From assembly GCA_951406725.2 (NCBI GenBank), contig OX597816.1:7316001-7380000 (forward strand): a stretch of 64,000 nt of DNA, given 5' to 3'. The translations under genes were made by a program, and so were the position numbers. The stretch comes from Octopus vulgaris (Eukaryota). Under the pieces are notes generated by a model. It was not told the DNA's origin, ran no database searches, and saw only the letters and a list, made by a program, of their open reading frames with translations. Shown here piece by piece: positions 30,423-43,396 of this stretch. How positions within the stretch are numbered: the first letter of the stretch is position 1; each line of letters begins with the position of its first letter.

Positions 30423-30826
30423 TACTCTTTACTCTTTTACTTGTTTCAGTCATTTGACTGCGGCCATGCTGGAGCACCGCCTTTTAGTCGAGCAAATCGA
30501 CTACAGGACTTTTCTTTGTAAGCCTAGTATTTATTCTATCGGTCTCTTTTGCCGAACCTCTAAGTTACGGGGACGTAAACACACCAGCATCAGTTGTCAA
30601 TCGATGTTGGGGGGAGGGGACAAACACAGATAAACACACACACACATATATATATACACATACGATGGGCTTCTTTCAGTTTCCGTCTACCAAATCCACT
30701 CACAAGGCTTTGGTCGGCCCGAGGCTATAGTAGAAGACACTTGCTCAAGGTGCCACGCAGTGGGACTGAACCCGGAACCATGTGGTTGGTAAGCAAGCTA
30801 CTTACCACACAGCCACTTCTGCGCCT
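30423..30826 (-). mobile_element. Family C SINE
   Basis: Full-length match. Confidence 0.9.
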
Positions 30827-30970
30827 ATAGTTTTATATAAAAATGTAGCACTGTCGTCGGCTGTTGTTCTTGTATTCCGTATATTGCGTTGCAATGGCTC
30901 CTTGTAAATTTAAGGTCAACCGACGGAAAGAGTCCCACTTTTTGCGTTCACATGAAAAAAAATCCTCATA

Positions 30971-31132
30971 GACGCAGGAGTGGCTGTCTGGTAAGTAGCT
31001 TGCTAACCAACCACATGGTTGTGGGTTCAGTCCCATTACGTGGCATCTTGGGCAAGTGTCTTCTGCTATAGCACCGGGCCGACCAATGCCTTGTGAGTGG
31101 ATTTGGTAGACGGAAACTGAAAGAAGCCTGTC

Positions 31133-31221
<89 letters not shown>

Positions 31222-31427
31222 TGTGTCTGTGTTTGTCCCCCTAGCATTGCTTGACAACCGATGCTGGTGTGTTTACGTCCCCGTCACTTAGCGGTTCGGC
31301 AAAAAAAACCGATAGAATAAGTACTGGGCTTACAAAGAATAAGTCCCGGGGTCGATTTGCTCGACTAAAGGCGGTGCTCCAGCATGGCCGCAGTCAAATG
31401 ACTGAAACAAGTAAAAGAGTAAAGAGT
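30971..31427 (+). mobile_element. Family C SINE
   Basis: Full-length match; head-to-head with 30423-30826. Confidence 0.9.
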
Positions 31428-32039
31428 ATAGGTATTCTCGTGTTCGTTGTTTATCCACCGTTTCCTTCCAGAACCTGTCAACATCAGTAGCGCAACCTGT
31501 CGCATTTACACCTCGATTCCATGCCTTCTTGGGAGACCGACTCTCTGATGGGGGAGTGACGTAGACGGCCAAGACGTTGATTCGAACACTGGACCTTTTG
31601 ATGTTCAGTCAGAAAATCCTCAAACAACAGCCGGAGTTTTAACAGATTGTGTTATGATGTCATTGATATTTGGTCAATGGAATTATAGATGAATAGACCC
31701 CAAATGTTCCAGTGATGACATCATCACACACACACACGCGCGCTTTCCTCTGTGTGTTTGTGTTTGCGTGTGTGTTGTTGTTGTTGCTGCTGCTGCTGCA
31801 CAGACCAATAAACAAAGTCAATCCAGTCGTAACCGTCACGTCTTTCTTTACAAGTAGCGTACCTAGGATTATCCAATTAGCCATTCCGTTTTTTTTAAAG
31901 GTGTTATGATGTGATTTAGGGGAAATTTGGCTGTTATATCTAACAGAGGAAGAGACCATATAAATTTTTTCGGAGTTTTTATTTACAAGATATTTCTAAA
32001 ATCAAAGACTCCACATTTTTTTTACTAAACACTGATTCA

Positions 32040-32119
<80 letters not shown>

Positions 32120-32121
<2 letters not shown>

Positions 32122-33474
32122 TTTACTTTTTTTTGTCTTCTTTCAAATTTTCTTCCATTTCTTGCCGAGTGTCTTCCCGACTCCTAGGGCAAAGAAACTC
32201 ATAGTGTATATTGGTAGGCCATTAAACCAAACTCAGTAGTTCGTTCATTTTTTTTTCATTTTTTTAAGTTAAATTAAAATACATGAGCAGCAACAGTTCT
32301 CACATCGACAATGCTCTTCTCAATACGTGTGATGTACCAGTTAAGACAATCTTTTGCACTTCTTGCAGGGATGGTAAGCCAGGGAGCATTCTCATATAAT
32401 TTTCGGTTCCCTTCTTGATCATTCCTAGTGCTCCTACGATCACTGGTATTGTAACCGCCTTGAGATGCCACATTTTCTCAATTTCAATGAGTAGGTCTTT
32501 ATATTTTCTGAGCTTGTCAAACTCTTTCGCTGAGATATTATGATCACAGGGGATGCTCATGTCGATCAATAAGCAAACTTTATTGTTTTGGTCTTTCACA
32601 ACAATATCTGGTTTATTGGCCTTGATGGTTCGGTCTGTATGTACTGGAAAGTCCCACAGAATGGTTACATTTTCTCCTTCAGTTACAGCCTCAGGGTGGT
32701 GATTATACCACTTGTCGGCAGTTTTGATATTGTAATGCCGACTTATTAGCCAGTGTAGATATTGGCCAACTCTGTCATGTCTTAATTTATACTCTACTGG
32801 TGCTAAGACTTTACATCCAGAGATTAGGTGGTCCACTGTTTCAATCATGTCGTTGCAGAATCGGCATTTTGGGTCTGCTCCATTTTTCATCACATTGGCC
32901 TGGTAGTTCCGGGTTAATAGGCTTTGATCTTGAGCAGCCAGGATGAAACCTTCGCTCTCTGCTTTTAGCCCTGAGCTCCGTAGCCACTGATGGGTTTGCT
33001 TCTGGTCAACATCAGCTTGTTTGCTGCGGGCCACATATTTGCCGTGCAGAGGTTTCTCCTCCCACCTATCAGCCAATTGCTCGTGCGCTTTTTTCGTTGC
33101 CATTATTTTTAGCTTCTTTGCAACAATAGTTGCCGTACTTCCCTCGGGTTGTTCAGTTTGGGTATCCTGCACGAGATCAATAGCAAATTTTTTGCTTTCC
33201 TTTATGATAGAATGAAGCTTCTTTCGTCTCTCGTGATTTTCCACAAGCTTTAGCATCCAGTCATTCGTTATTTCGAGATATTTGGCCAGTCCAATTGTGG
33301 TTGTTTTGTAAGCTAGTTCAAATTGGATCAGGCCTCGACCTCCTTGGGCTCTGGGAAGGTAAAGGCGATCTACGTCTGCCTTTGGGTGGTGCATCCTATT
33401 ACAACTCAGCAGCTTGCGTATTTTCCTATCTAAATTCTTTACTTCACTCATATTCCAGTTCAACACATTGTAGC

Positions 33475-33476
<2 letters not shown>
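32120..33476 (-). mobile_element. R4/Dong-like LINE family C, 5'-truncated, in (TAA)n
   Basis: Uninterrupted ORF plus a 3' UTR shared with 29901 and 50874; TAA arrays on both sides. Confidence 0.93.
32300..33466 (-). CDS. C-terminal 388 aa of an RLE non-LTR retrotransposon protein (RT thumb, CCHC knuckle, PD-(D/E)xK endonuclease)
   Basis: RLYLPRAQGGRGL, AAQDQ, CRFC..ETVDHLISGC, RHD, KPDIVV..LLIDMSIP, K..KYKDL, PVIVGALG. Confidence 0.9.
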   Translation of the reverse strand: MLNWNMSEVKNLDRKIRKLLSCNRMHHPKADVDRLYLPRAQGGRGLIQFELAYKTTTIGLAKYLEITNDWMLKLVENHERRKKLHSIIKESKKFAIDLVQDTQTEQPEGSTATIVAKKLKIMATKKAHEQLADRWEEKPLHGKYVARSKQADVDQKQTHQWLRSSGLKAESEGFILAAQDQSLLTRNYQANVMKNGADPKCRFCNDMIETVDHLISGCKVLAPVEYKLRHDRVGQYLHWLISRHYNIKTADKWYNHHPEAVTEGENVTILWDFPVHTDRTIKANKPDIVVKDQNNKVCLLIDMSIPCDHNISAKEFDKLRKYKDLLIEIEKMWHLKAVTIPVIVGALGMIKKGTENYMRMLPGLPSLQEVQKIVLTGTSHVLRRALSM

Positions 33477-33548
<72 letters not shown>

Positions 33549-33945
33549 TAGTTTTATTTTTATAGTGTGCTTTCACTTCACTACCGAGCGCAGCTCTGTG
33601 TGCCTTGGGTATGTGCTGTGATTTGTTGTGATGCTCTGATGGTTATTGTACGGAAAGTGTTCTGCGTAGGATGTGTGCAGTGCCTAGTAGTGCAATTTTC
33701 TGTATGTTATGTTATATGTGTTTGTAAGTCCTGGTGTTTTTGTTATGTATTTGTCTGAATATTTTTTTTATCATGCCTAATGCACCTACTATGATAGGAA
33801 TTGTTTCTGTTTTTAGATTCTACATTCTGGTTACTTCTATTTCTAGGTCTTTGTATTTTGAAAGTTTCTCCATTTCTTTTAGAGACACGTTGTCATCTGC
33901 CGGTATTGATACATCAATGAGAAGGCATTTTTTTTCTTCATGATC

Positions 33946-35118
33946 TCAGACAACTATATCTGGTCTGTTGGCATTAATTTCTCTATCTGTGTGTATCGGC
34001 ATATCCCAGAGTATGGTTGCTTTCTCGTTTTCTGTGACCTTTTCTGGTGTGTGCCTATACCATCTTTTTTCTGTTGTTATTCCATAATGTTGGCATAGCT
34101 TCCAATGTATGTAGGTTCCAACACTGTCATGTCTGTGAATATATTCCTTCTTAGCCAGGACTGGGCAGCCAGAGATAATATGATTTATTGTTTCTTGTCC
34201 ATCTCCACATATTCTGCAGTTACTTGTTATATTTCTTTTCATTACATGTTTTTGGTAATTTCTGGTGGAGAGGTTTTGGTCTTGTGCTGCAATTAAAAAT
34301 CCCTCTGTCTCTGCTTTGAGTCCTGAGCTTCTCAACCATTGCTGGGATTTTTCTTTGTCTATTTCTTTTGCATTTAGTTTAGTGCAGTATTTACCATGAA
34401 GGGGCTTTTCTTGCCATCGTTTTATCATGGTTCTTTGCTGTTCTAGTTTTAGTTTGGATTTCATTTGTTTTATAGCTTTTGTTGTTTCTTCATCTTCTTC
34501 TTCTTCTTCATATTTATTAGGTGGTATGATTTCTTGTTTGTATTTGTCAGCTTCCTTAAATACTGAGAACAGTTTTTTGTTTTGCTCGTGTTTTGTCACT
34601 ATTTGTATCAGTTTTCCTTCCTTCTGAAGTAGATATTTTTGCAGTCCTATGGTGGTTATTTTATAGTAGTTTTCCAGCTGTATAAGGCCTCTACCACCTT
34701 CTATACGTTGTATATATTGTCTTTCTATGTCAGATTTTGGGTGATGCATCCTAGATCCTGTCATTATTTTTCTTGTTTTCCTATCTATTTTGGTCAGTTC
34801 ATTTAGTGTCCAGTTAAGGATATTGTAGCTGTAACTTATAACTGGGACAGCTAAAGTGTTAATACCTATTATCTTGTTTTTAGCATTGAGCTCTGTTTTT
34901 AGTTTTGATCTAACTCGTCTATAATATTCTTTTTTTATTTTCTCTTTCATTTGTGTGTGTTGTGTCTTATCTAGTTCATGGATTCCTAAGTATTTGTAAG
35001 TTTGGCTTTGGTCTAATTCTTTTATTTCATTGGTTTTATCTAGTGTGATGTTGCTACTCTTAACTAGTTTTCCTCTTTTCAGGGTTACTTTGGCGCATTT
35101 TTCTAATCCAAATTTCAT
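33946..35118 (-). pseudogene. Longest open segment of the family A RT/RLE ORF
   Basis: 390 aa ORF from RT motif 6 to RPDIVV, ending at a premature stop; coding motifs continue to ~33645. Confidence 0.88.
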
Positions 35119-37196
35119 ATCTATTTCTTTGGTAAATCCATGAACTGTCTTTAATAGTGTTTCTTTAATAGTGTTTCCAGCTGTTTGTCATTTGCAGCGT
35201 ATAGTTTAGGTCATCCATATATAAAAGGTGGCTGATCGTTTTGCCGTAACATTTATATCCGCATCCAGTTCTATTTAGCATATCAGATAGAGGTGACAGT
35301 GCCAAGCAGAAAAGGAGTGGAGAGAGCGTGTCTCCCTGGAATATTCCTCTTCTAATGGGGATGGCTTTGGTTTTCATGAGTCCCTCTTTTGTTTGGAGCT
35401 GTAGCACTGTTTGCATTTATTCATAGAATGTCCTATGAATTTTATAATTGTTGGTGCTACTTTGTTAATGGCTAGTGTTTCGAGGATCCATGTGTGTGGG
35501 GGTGTGTGCTATCAAACGCCTTTTTGTAGTCGATCCAGGCCTTACTGAGGCCTTTCTTCTTTCTGTGGCTGTCTTTAGTTATGGCTTTATTAATCATTAG
35601 TTGATCTTTACAGCCATATGAGCCTTTGCGGCATCCTTTCTGCTCTTCTGGAAACAGGTTGTTTTCGTCCAGGTGCTTGTTCAACCTTTGCGATATCACT
35701 GCAGTAAATGCCCTGTACATTGTAGGGAAACAGGTTATTGGTCTGTAGTTTTCTGGTTTTGCTGTCTCATTTGATTTGGAAATTAAGATGGTTATCTTGC
35801 TTCAGCTTTTCTTTTATCTCCGGCAAATCTTTCTCTGTGATGTTATATTTGCGGAGTATTTTTGTTTTCTTTTTGTTGCTCAGTAGCGTTGATTGTCTAC
35901 TGATTTCATTAAGAATCGACAGATCTTTTCTCGTTTGTTGTATTTTTTTGTGGATATTATTTATCCACAGGGTTTGTTTGGGTGGTGGTACTTCTGTTTG
36001 GATGGGTTTGAGTGAGTATCCAGCTTCTTTTGTGGCTGCAGTGGCTGCTGCGTATACTAAGTCATTTAGCTCAGTGATATTGCTTTTTGTTTCAGTGGCT
36101 ATTAGTTCCGTGACGGCTAGGTTTATGCTGTTTATAATTGGTGTTGTTGTTTCGTCTATTTTGATCTTTGGGAGGTATGGTCGGTGGTCCATCTTGAGAT
36201 CTGTATTTTTCAGTTCTTTGATTATCCTACTTTTTATAGTATCATAATCATTAGGCTCCCCTTCGTTGTTTCCAGGTTTTAGATTTGTGTCGCTTTTTTT
36301 CACGTACGTATGCTTGTCTGTTGTGATTTGGCTTGCTGTTTGTTGTGTATTATTATGCATCCTTACGGTCTGGGTTTGTTGTTTTTTGTTTACATCGTGT
36401 TTGTTGGGAATGTTACGTTTGTCTTCGTATTTTACTGTTTCAGTGTTTATATTATTGGGCATTGTTGTGTGGCTTCTATCTACATTTTCCTGATGTATTT
36501 TTTCTTTTAGGTGTTCTATTTCTATTTCTGATATTTTTTTTTGCGTTGAGAATGTATCTTCGTACGTTAGCTAGTTTATTAGGGTTCATTGCTGTATCCA
36601 AGTTTATATTTATGTTATTTTCCTTCCATATTTTATATGTATGTGTTGTTGTGCTTTCATTTTTTGGGTAGAGCACTGCTGTGAAGTATGCGTGTAGGAT
36701 AGAAATGTATTCCTCACGTGTCCATTTGTGTCTTTTGGGTTTTATACAACGTCCGGCCCATTATTTTGACGGTCGTCATTTTTGTAGGGTACCGGTCCAT
36801 TCATTTCTGTTGTCACATTGTTTTGCACGTGTAGTTTTTCGTACATTTTATGTTGTAAGTTTAAAGTACGTACTTCCCGATTGTTATTCTTGGGTTGAAT
36901 AATATCGGTGTTATTTAATTTCTTCGTAGTTTTTTTGTACATGATGTTTGGGGTCGGGGATGATCCGGTGTTGATGGATCGTAATGGTTCACGCATGTTT
37001 ACATGTGTTGTGTTAGAGGTGGAGATGATATCGAGTTAAAATACATCATTTCGTTTCGAAAATAGTAATAAATTTCAATGAGTATTACTTACTCGGATAT
37101 AGTCCAATCCTTTGTCAGTTATTTTTCATCTCCATACGATGTCTTTGTTTTCGATGTTTGTGGATAGATTTCGGAGCTCTGTTTTATCGTTCTTAC

Positions 37197-37264
37197 ATCT
37201 TAAACGTCCGCGGTGTATCTCTTAAACGTCCCCGGTGTATCTCTTAAACGTCCCCGGTGTATCT
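37197..37264. repeat. Three tandem 22-mers at the LINE 5' end
   Basis: CTTAAACGTCC(C/G)CGGTGTATCT x3. Confidence 0.9.
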
Positions 37265-37316
37265 TCTTCTTCTTCTTCTTCTTCTTCTTCTTCTTCTTCT
37301 TCTTCTTCTTCTTCTT

Positions 37317-37409
<93 letters not shown>

Positions 37410-37436
37410 TCTCTTTCATTCAGCCTCTTTTTTTCC

Positions 37437-37638
37437 AGTCATCTAGCCATGTGGGACCGTTGAACTGTACACATTTTTCTCTCTCCGTTTTTCTTTCCCT
37501 TTTTCCCTCTCAATCCTTTCTGTCGAAGAGCGTAGGTTCGAGACGTAGAAGACTTTTCCATTTTTCCCGAGTGTTAAACTCATACACCTGCTTGTTGTTC
37601 CTACACTTGTCTTGGTGTTTTGTTTTCTGTAAATTTGA

Positions 37639-37642
<4 letters not shown>
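37437..37642 (+). mobile_element. Non-coding PLE-type element (U6-hammerhead family), diverged
   Basis: CTTT-CTGTCGA-a-GAGC gtag GTTC-GAGA-CGTA-GAAG at 37516-37551; ends in (TA)n. Confidence 0.7.
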
Positions 37643-37707
<65 letters not shown>

Positions 37708-37811
37708 AGTTAATCCAAACATGAAAACACAAAGAGAAAACACAACAACGCGAGGACGTGGAAACAAGTATAGTGTTATTGGACGCTCAGGAAAGGAAAG
37801 AAAGAAGGAGG

Positions 37812-37846
37812 ATTTAACGTATCGAGCGGAGCTCTTCGTCAGAAAC
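37812..37846 (-). ncRNA. Minimal type I hammerhead motif, GAAA>GATA mutant
   Basis: GTTT-CTGACGA-a-GAGC tcc GCTC-GATA-CGTT-AAAT. Confidence 0.6.
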
Positions 37847-37948
37847 ATAGGAAAAGGAAAGATCCAAGGAAGGATATATATATGGATGCATGCATGTATG
37901 TATGTATGTATGTATGTATGTATGTATGTATGTATGTATGTATGTATG

Positions 37949-38071
<123 letters not shown>

Positions 38072-38175
38072 AGTTAATCCAAACATGAAAACACAAAGAG
38101 AAAACACAACAACGCGAGGACGTGGAAACAAGTATAGTGTTATTGGACGCTCAGGAAAGGAAAGAAAGAAGGAGG

Positions 38176-38210
38176 ATTTAACGTTTCGAGCGGAGCTCTT
38201 CGTCAGAAAC
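38176..38210 (-). ncRNA. Minimal type I hammerhead ribozyme motif (canonical core)
   Basis: GTTT-CTGACGA-a-GAGC tcc GCTC-GAAA-CGTT-AAAT; stem III reduced to palindromic ACGT. Confidence 0.75.
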
Positions 38211-38328
38211 ATAGGAAAAGGAAAGATCCAAGGAAGGATATATATATATGGATGCATGCATGCATGTATGTATGTATGTATGTATGTATGTATGTATGTA
38301 TGTATGTATGTATGTATGTATGTATGTT

Positions 38329-38391
<63 letters not shown>

Positions 38392-38850
38392 TACCCCCTA
38401 GCGTAACGAGGGGATCGTCTCTCAGGCGCTAAACTGCTTCGAACCGGCAAATAAACAAAATATAGATTATGCGTGATCGATGATGTTTCCAACATTAGCG
38501 CTGCTTTTAATTCGTTAATGAATTTAATTGTATGCATGCATAGCCGTGGCATACCAGCAGATAGTTGTCACACTATTTATACATAGTCATAGACTGGCGA
38601 TTCGGATCATTCCAAGTTCGATTCAAGTATATAATATTGATAAACCAGTAAAACGACAAAATATCTGTATCTCTCCCTCCTGAATTCAATCGGAGGCGGG
38701 TTTTCGCACCTGACTATGACTTATAGGTGTTTTAACATCCAGTACAATGAGTAAGTCGTTCCCCAGGCGCTCTACCGCGGCGAACCGGCGAACAAGCAAA
38801 CACGTAGAGTATGTGCGGTCGATATTATATAATAAAATATTTTGTGTTTG

Positions 38851-38886
<36 letters not shown>

Positions 38887-39136
38887 TGTGTGTGTGTAAG
38901 AGCGCACCTATTGATACCAAGTTTACGTGGTGCCACTCCTATGTAACTAACCGCAAATACTGCTTACGTTTTCGTATCAAATCATTCAAGCGTAAAAGCT
39001 TAAGAAACGCACCAAAATGATTGTTAACTAATAATAAAGACGTAATATATCTATTCTTCTTCTTGCTAATACACCCACCCAAACACACCCACCCACACCC
39101 ACACACACACACACACACACACATTCTATATCTTAA

Positions 39137-39350
39137 TGGTTTCAAATGTTGGGGATAAAGATAGCAATTTCGGAAAGGGTGGATAAGTCGAGGACATCGA
39201 CCCCAGTGCACAACAGGTACTTATTTTATCGATTCCGAAAACTTGAAAGGTAAAGTCGACCGTGGAGGAATTTGAACTCAGAACGTAAAGACAGACAAAA
39301 GGCTGCTAAGCATCATGCCTGGCTTGCTACCGTTTCTACCACCTCACCCT
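39137..39350 (-). mobile_element. Family M SINE (diverged)
   Basis: GAAAGGTAAAGTCGACCGTGGAGGAATTTGAACTCAG. Confidence 0.75.
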
Positions 39351-39411
39351 TTTATGCCGAATTGCAATAAAAACTATTTTACATTAATTGGAGGAACTTT
39401 TTTTTACACGT

Positions 39412-39617
39412 TTTAGTCATTTGACTGTGGCCATGCTGGGGCACCGCCTTTAGTCGAACAAATCGACCCCATGACTTATTTTTTGTAAGCCTAGTACTTA
39501 GTCAATTAGTCTCTTTTGCCGAACCGCTAAGTTTCGGGACCATAAACACACCAATATCGGTTGTCAAGCGAAGGTGGGGCGACAAACACAGACACAAAGA
39601 CACACACATATAAATAT

Positions 39618-39703
<86 letters not shown>

Positions 39704-39864
39704 GACGGGCTTCTTTCAGTTTCCGTTTACCAAATCCTCTCAGAAGGATTTGGTCGGCCCAAGGCTATAGTAGAAGACACTTGCCCAATGTGCCACACAG
39801 TGAGACTGAACCCAGAACCATGTGGTTGGAAAGCAAGCTTCTTACCACATACCCACTCCTGCGC
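39412..39864 (-). mobile_element. Family C SINE
   Basis: Family match. Confidence 0.88.
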
Positions 39865-40231
39865 ATATTCAATACTTTTTTGTAGAGAAGTTACTTATAC
39901 AAGAGTGGTGACAGTAACTTCGAAGCTTCAAGCAGTTTACTGAAAGTTAGCAGGCTGAAACTGCAGCTATATGTTGTACCAAAGAGTTCGGTTTAGTCCA
40001 TCACACAGAGGCCCCTATGCTTCAAAGACATTCTTGCCGTCACCTTTAAACGACTACTTCTGTACATTTTATATCAACCTTCATCGTTCGCTGAATTTCT
40101 ATACCTAAACGTCACCAACGTGTCACCTTGACCCCTCGTGCCACCACCAGAGACCTCCAGCATATCCGCCAATGAAGACCTGTTAACCGTGTCAGCTATG
40201 AATAAAAAATAAAATATAACTCTGACCCATA

Positions 40232-40335
40232 GACGTGGCACCTTGGGCAAGTGCCATCAACTATAACGTCGGGCCGACCAAAGTCTTGCAAGTGGATTTG
40301 ATAGACGGAAACTGAAAGAAGCCCGTCGTGCATAT
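40232..40335 (+). mobile_element. Family C SINE fragment
   Basis: CGTGGCACCTTGGGCAAGTG...GGAAACTGAAAGAAGCCCGTCG. Confidence 0.75.
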
Positions 40336-40344
40336 ATATATATA

Positions 40345-40575
40345 TGGTTTGTGTAAGTGTTGGTAGGGGAAGTTTGTAATGTGCTCACAGAATTCGTCTA
40401 GGATTTTATTTCTACCTTTTGGTGGGGTGTAGTTGCTTTTATTTCTAGCTAGTGACTCATCCTCATTGTGCTGGTCGAATAGTTCCTCACTAAGTCGCAA
40501 TTTTCTACAAAATTCTGTAATGTCTTCCTTCATTTCGTAGTAGTTTGGACGTGGGGGGGGGGGGTTGGTGTGAAT
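40345..40575 (-). mobile_element. Penelope-like element ORF N-terminal fragment
   Basis: PRPNYYEMKEDITEFCRKLRL.E...KSNYTPPKGRNKILDEF resembles the pre-RT region of PLE ORFs. Confidence 0.7.
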
Positions 40576-41001
40576 TTCAGACCTTTGGAGAGTAAGTTGT
40601 ATGGTTCCACACATACACATAATTGGATACGGGTGCAAAACATCCAACACTGTTTTTTGGAAATGACTGTAAATATTGACTTCACACAAACACGTTGCTT
40701 CCCGATACAGGCACAAGGCCAGCAGAACTATAAATATTGAAAATTGGACCCACACACGCACACATATATACACGCGCGCGCGCCCCAACATACATATAAA
40801 CACACACACGCGCGCGCGCGCACACATACATACATATAGCTCTTCCTGTCATAAACGAACTTACTTATCCAGCTCAAATTCAGTCAAGCGGAAAATACAC
40901 TCCCTAACTACGTGCTAAAAAGCTATTTAAAATATCCACATGACGTCTACTGACCAGCCTGAACAATAAGAATTTTCAACAACGCTATTTTCGAAAATTC
41001 T

Positions 41002-41250
41002 AAACATTCACGTGACCTCTCTATTATGACCACATCCACGTGACCTCTTTATTATGACCAATAAGAAATTTTAGGCGCGACACTAGCCAAATTTTAACTT
41101 CTCTGGAGCCTTTTTTCTTACCCCAACACCAACTTCCATTCAAACATTCACGTGACCCCTTCATAATGACCAATCAAAATTGTATTGACCATTGTCCACA
41201 AGAAATTTTAGGCGCGAAACCAAGCAAATCTTAAACAACCCTGGAGCCTC
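41002..41250. repeat. Degenerate tandem repeat with three CACGTGACC motifs
   Basis: CACGTGACC..ATGACC x3; AAGAAATTTTAGGCGCGA..GGAGCCT x2. Confidence 0.75.
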
Positions 41251-41493
41251 TTTTTTCACATATAAGAGACAGCAAACCCAACATAAAGTCAGATAAGAGG
41301 AAAAAATCTATCAGAAAGGAACTCTAATCTTTTGATAAGCATAACAAATGCGCAACCGGTAAAAAGAACTTTCACCTAATTAAATTACTTAAATTACTTA
41401 AATTATTTTGTCAGCATTTTCTTCATTTCCTTTTATATATATATATATATATATGTATAAGGATGAAAAGGAACATATATATACATATATATT

Positions 41494-41555
<62 letters not shown>

Positions 41556-41583
41556 GTATATATATATATATATATATATGTAT

Positions 41584-41928
<345 letters not shown>

Positions 41929-41964
41929 AGGATGAAAAGGATGAAAAAGAACATATACATATAT

Positions 41965-42766
41965 ATTTACTCCTTCAGGGGAACCGCTCACAGCCTCTAA
42001 CAATATCAGAGACCTGGGTGTAATTGTTGATGACGATCTCAGTTGGAGTGCACACATCAACAAGAAGGTCGATATAGCTCGTAGGATGAGTTCCTGGATC
42101 TTAAGAACTTTCCGGTCCAGAGAACAAGGTGTCATCATACCACTTTTTTTCTCCTTTGTACGGCCACACCTTGAATACTGCTGCCCACTGTGGTCTCCTC
42201 ATACAAGACAAAACATCTCCAGAATTGAGTCACCCCAGAGGGCTCTCACTAAACAAATTGAAGGCATGGCTGCTCTCGATTATTGGGATCGCCTTAACTA
42301 ACTAAAGCCTTGAAACTTTACTCCCTCCAGCGTCGCCGTGAGCGGTACGTCATTTGTACGATGTGGAAAATATACCGCCAACTTTGCCCAAACGACCTAA
42401 ACATTAGCTTCAAGGTTCATCCAAGACTTGGACCACGGGCTATACGTCCCCTGCCAAATTCAAGATCACAACATACATGTACACTGCAACATAATTTCTT
42501 TTCCTCAACAGGCCCTGCCCTATTTAACATTGTCCCGAGGGAGATCAAAAAGGAAAAGGATCCCATCAACTTTAAACAGAGTCTGGATAGATTCCTTCAA
42601 AGAATACCAGATTGCCACCCATAATTGGATACAACTCACCCAACAAGAACTCACTACTTGAACAAAACTTGACTTAAACAGGATTCGAATAATCCTATCA
42701 GGTGGTGCTATTAAGTTAGACATGGCCTGGACCAATCTTTGGTCGAAACATATCTAAGTTTATCTA

Positions 42767-42771
<5 letters not shown>
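41965..42771 (+). mobile_element. CR1/L2-type LINE, 5'-truncated, with (TATCTAAGTT)n tail
   Basis: RDLGVIVDDDLSW, VRPHLEYCCPLWSP, KLYSLQRRRER; related to 55472-55944. Confidence 0.9.
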
Positions 42772-42846
<75 letters not shown>

Positions 42847-42988
42847 GCAATAAAGATTCAAGTTAATTTAAATGAATTTACTTGAATATGGTACCTAACT
42901 TAGATGCACCAAAAAAACTATACTGTTTTAACAATACAATAATGTGGGGTGATTATAAGCGAGAAAGAAGCAACAAGAATGGATAGGT

Positions 42989-43079
42989 TTTTAGTACAAT
43001 CGTTTCATACAAGGACAGGCTTTATTAAAAGTTGCAAAAATTACAGCATATAAACGTGTCCTGTACTCATCAGCTAAAA
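42989..43079 (-). ncRNA. Type I hammerhead ribozyme motif (mirror copy)
   Basis: Reverse complement of 43088-43177. Confidence 0.8.
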
Positions 43080-43087
43080 TACATGTA

Positions 43088-43177
43088 TTTTAGCTGATGA
43101 GTACAGGACACGTTTATATGCTGTAATTTTGCAACTTTTAATAAAGCCTGTCCTTGTATGAAACGATTGTACTAAAA
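43088..43177 (+). ncRNA. Type I hammerhead ribozyme motif with long stem II
   Basis: TTTTAG-CTGATGA-GTACAGGACA...TGTCCtTGTAT-GAAA-C gatt G-TA^CTAAAA. Confidence 0.82.
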
Positions 43178-43207
43178 ACCTATCCATTCTTGTTGCTTCT
43201 TTCTCGC

Positions 43208-43251
<44 letters not shown>

Positions 43252-43396
43252 AAAACAATTAAGATTCAAGTGAGTTCCAATGAATTCACATGAATGCGGT
43301 ACTTAACTTAGATGCACCAGAAATCTTTATGGTATTAACCATAAAATAATGTGGGGTGATTATAAACAAGAAAAAAGCAACAAGAATGGATTAGTT

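Larger units (their letters stand above)
33546..37264 (-). mobile_element. Near-full-length R4/Dong-like LINE family A (frameshifted, internally deleted)
   Basis: N-terminal HKWTREEYISILHAY..., RT motifs NYRPITC, EEQKG, WIDYKKAFDS, RGIFQGDTLSPLLF, HLLYMDDL, FGLEKCA and YKYLG, then CRIC..H...C, RHD and RPDIV; bounded by (TAA)n and (GAA)n/(TAA)n. Confidence 0.95.
42842..43207. mobile_element. PLE-type foldback element 1: spacerless ~124 bp palindrome plus one-sided tail, in (TA)n
   Basis: Arms 42959-43083 and 43084-43207 centred on ACATGT; one hammerhead motif per arm. Confidence 0.88.

Noticed and set aside
37197-37264. Short direct repeats as a possible CRISPR array (also 58183-58301)
   Set aside because: The repeats are contiguous with no unique spacers, and the context is eukaryotic.
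42714-42760. Hairpin plus GAAAC at CR1 3' ends resembling half a hammerhead
   Set aside because: There is no CUGANGA-like strand; better explained as a LINE 3' recognition stem-loop.
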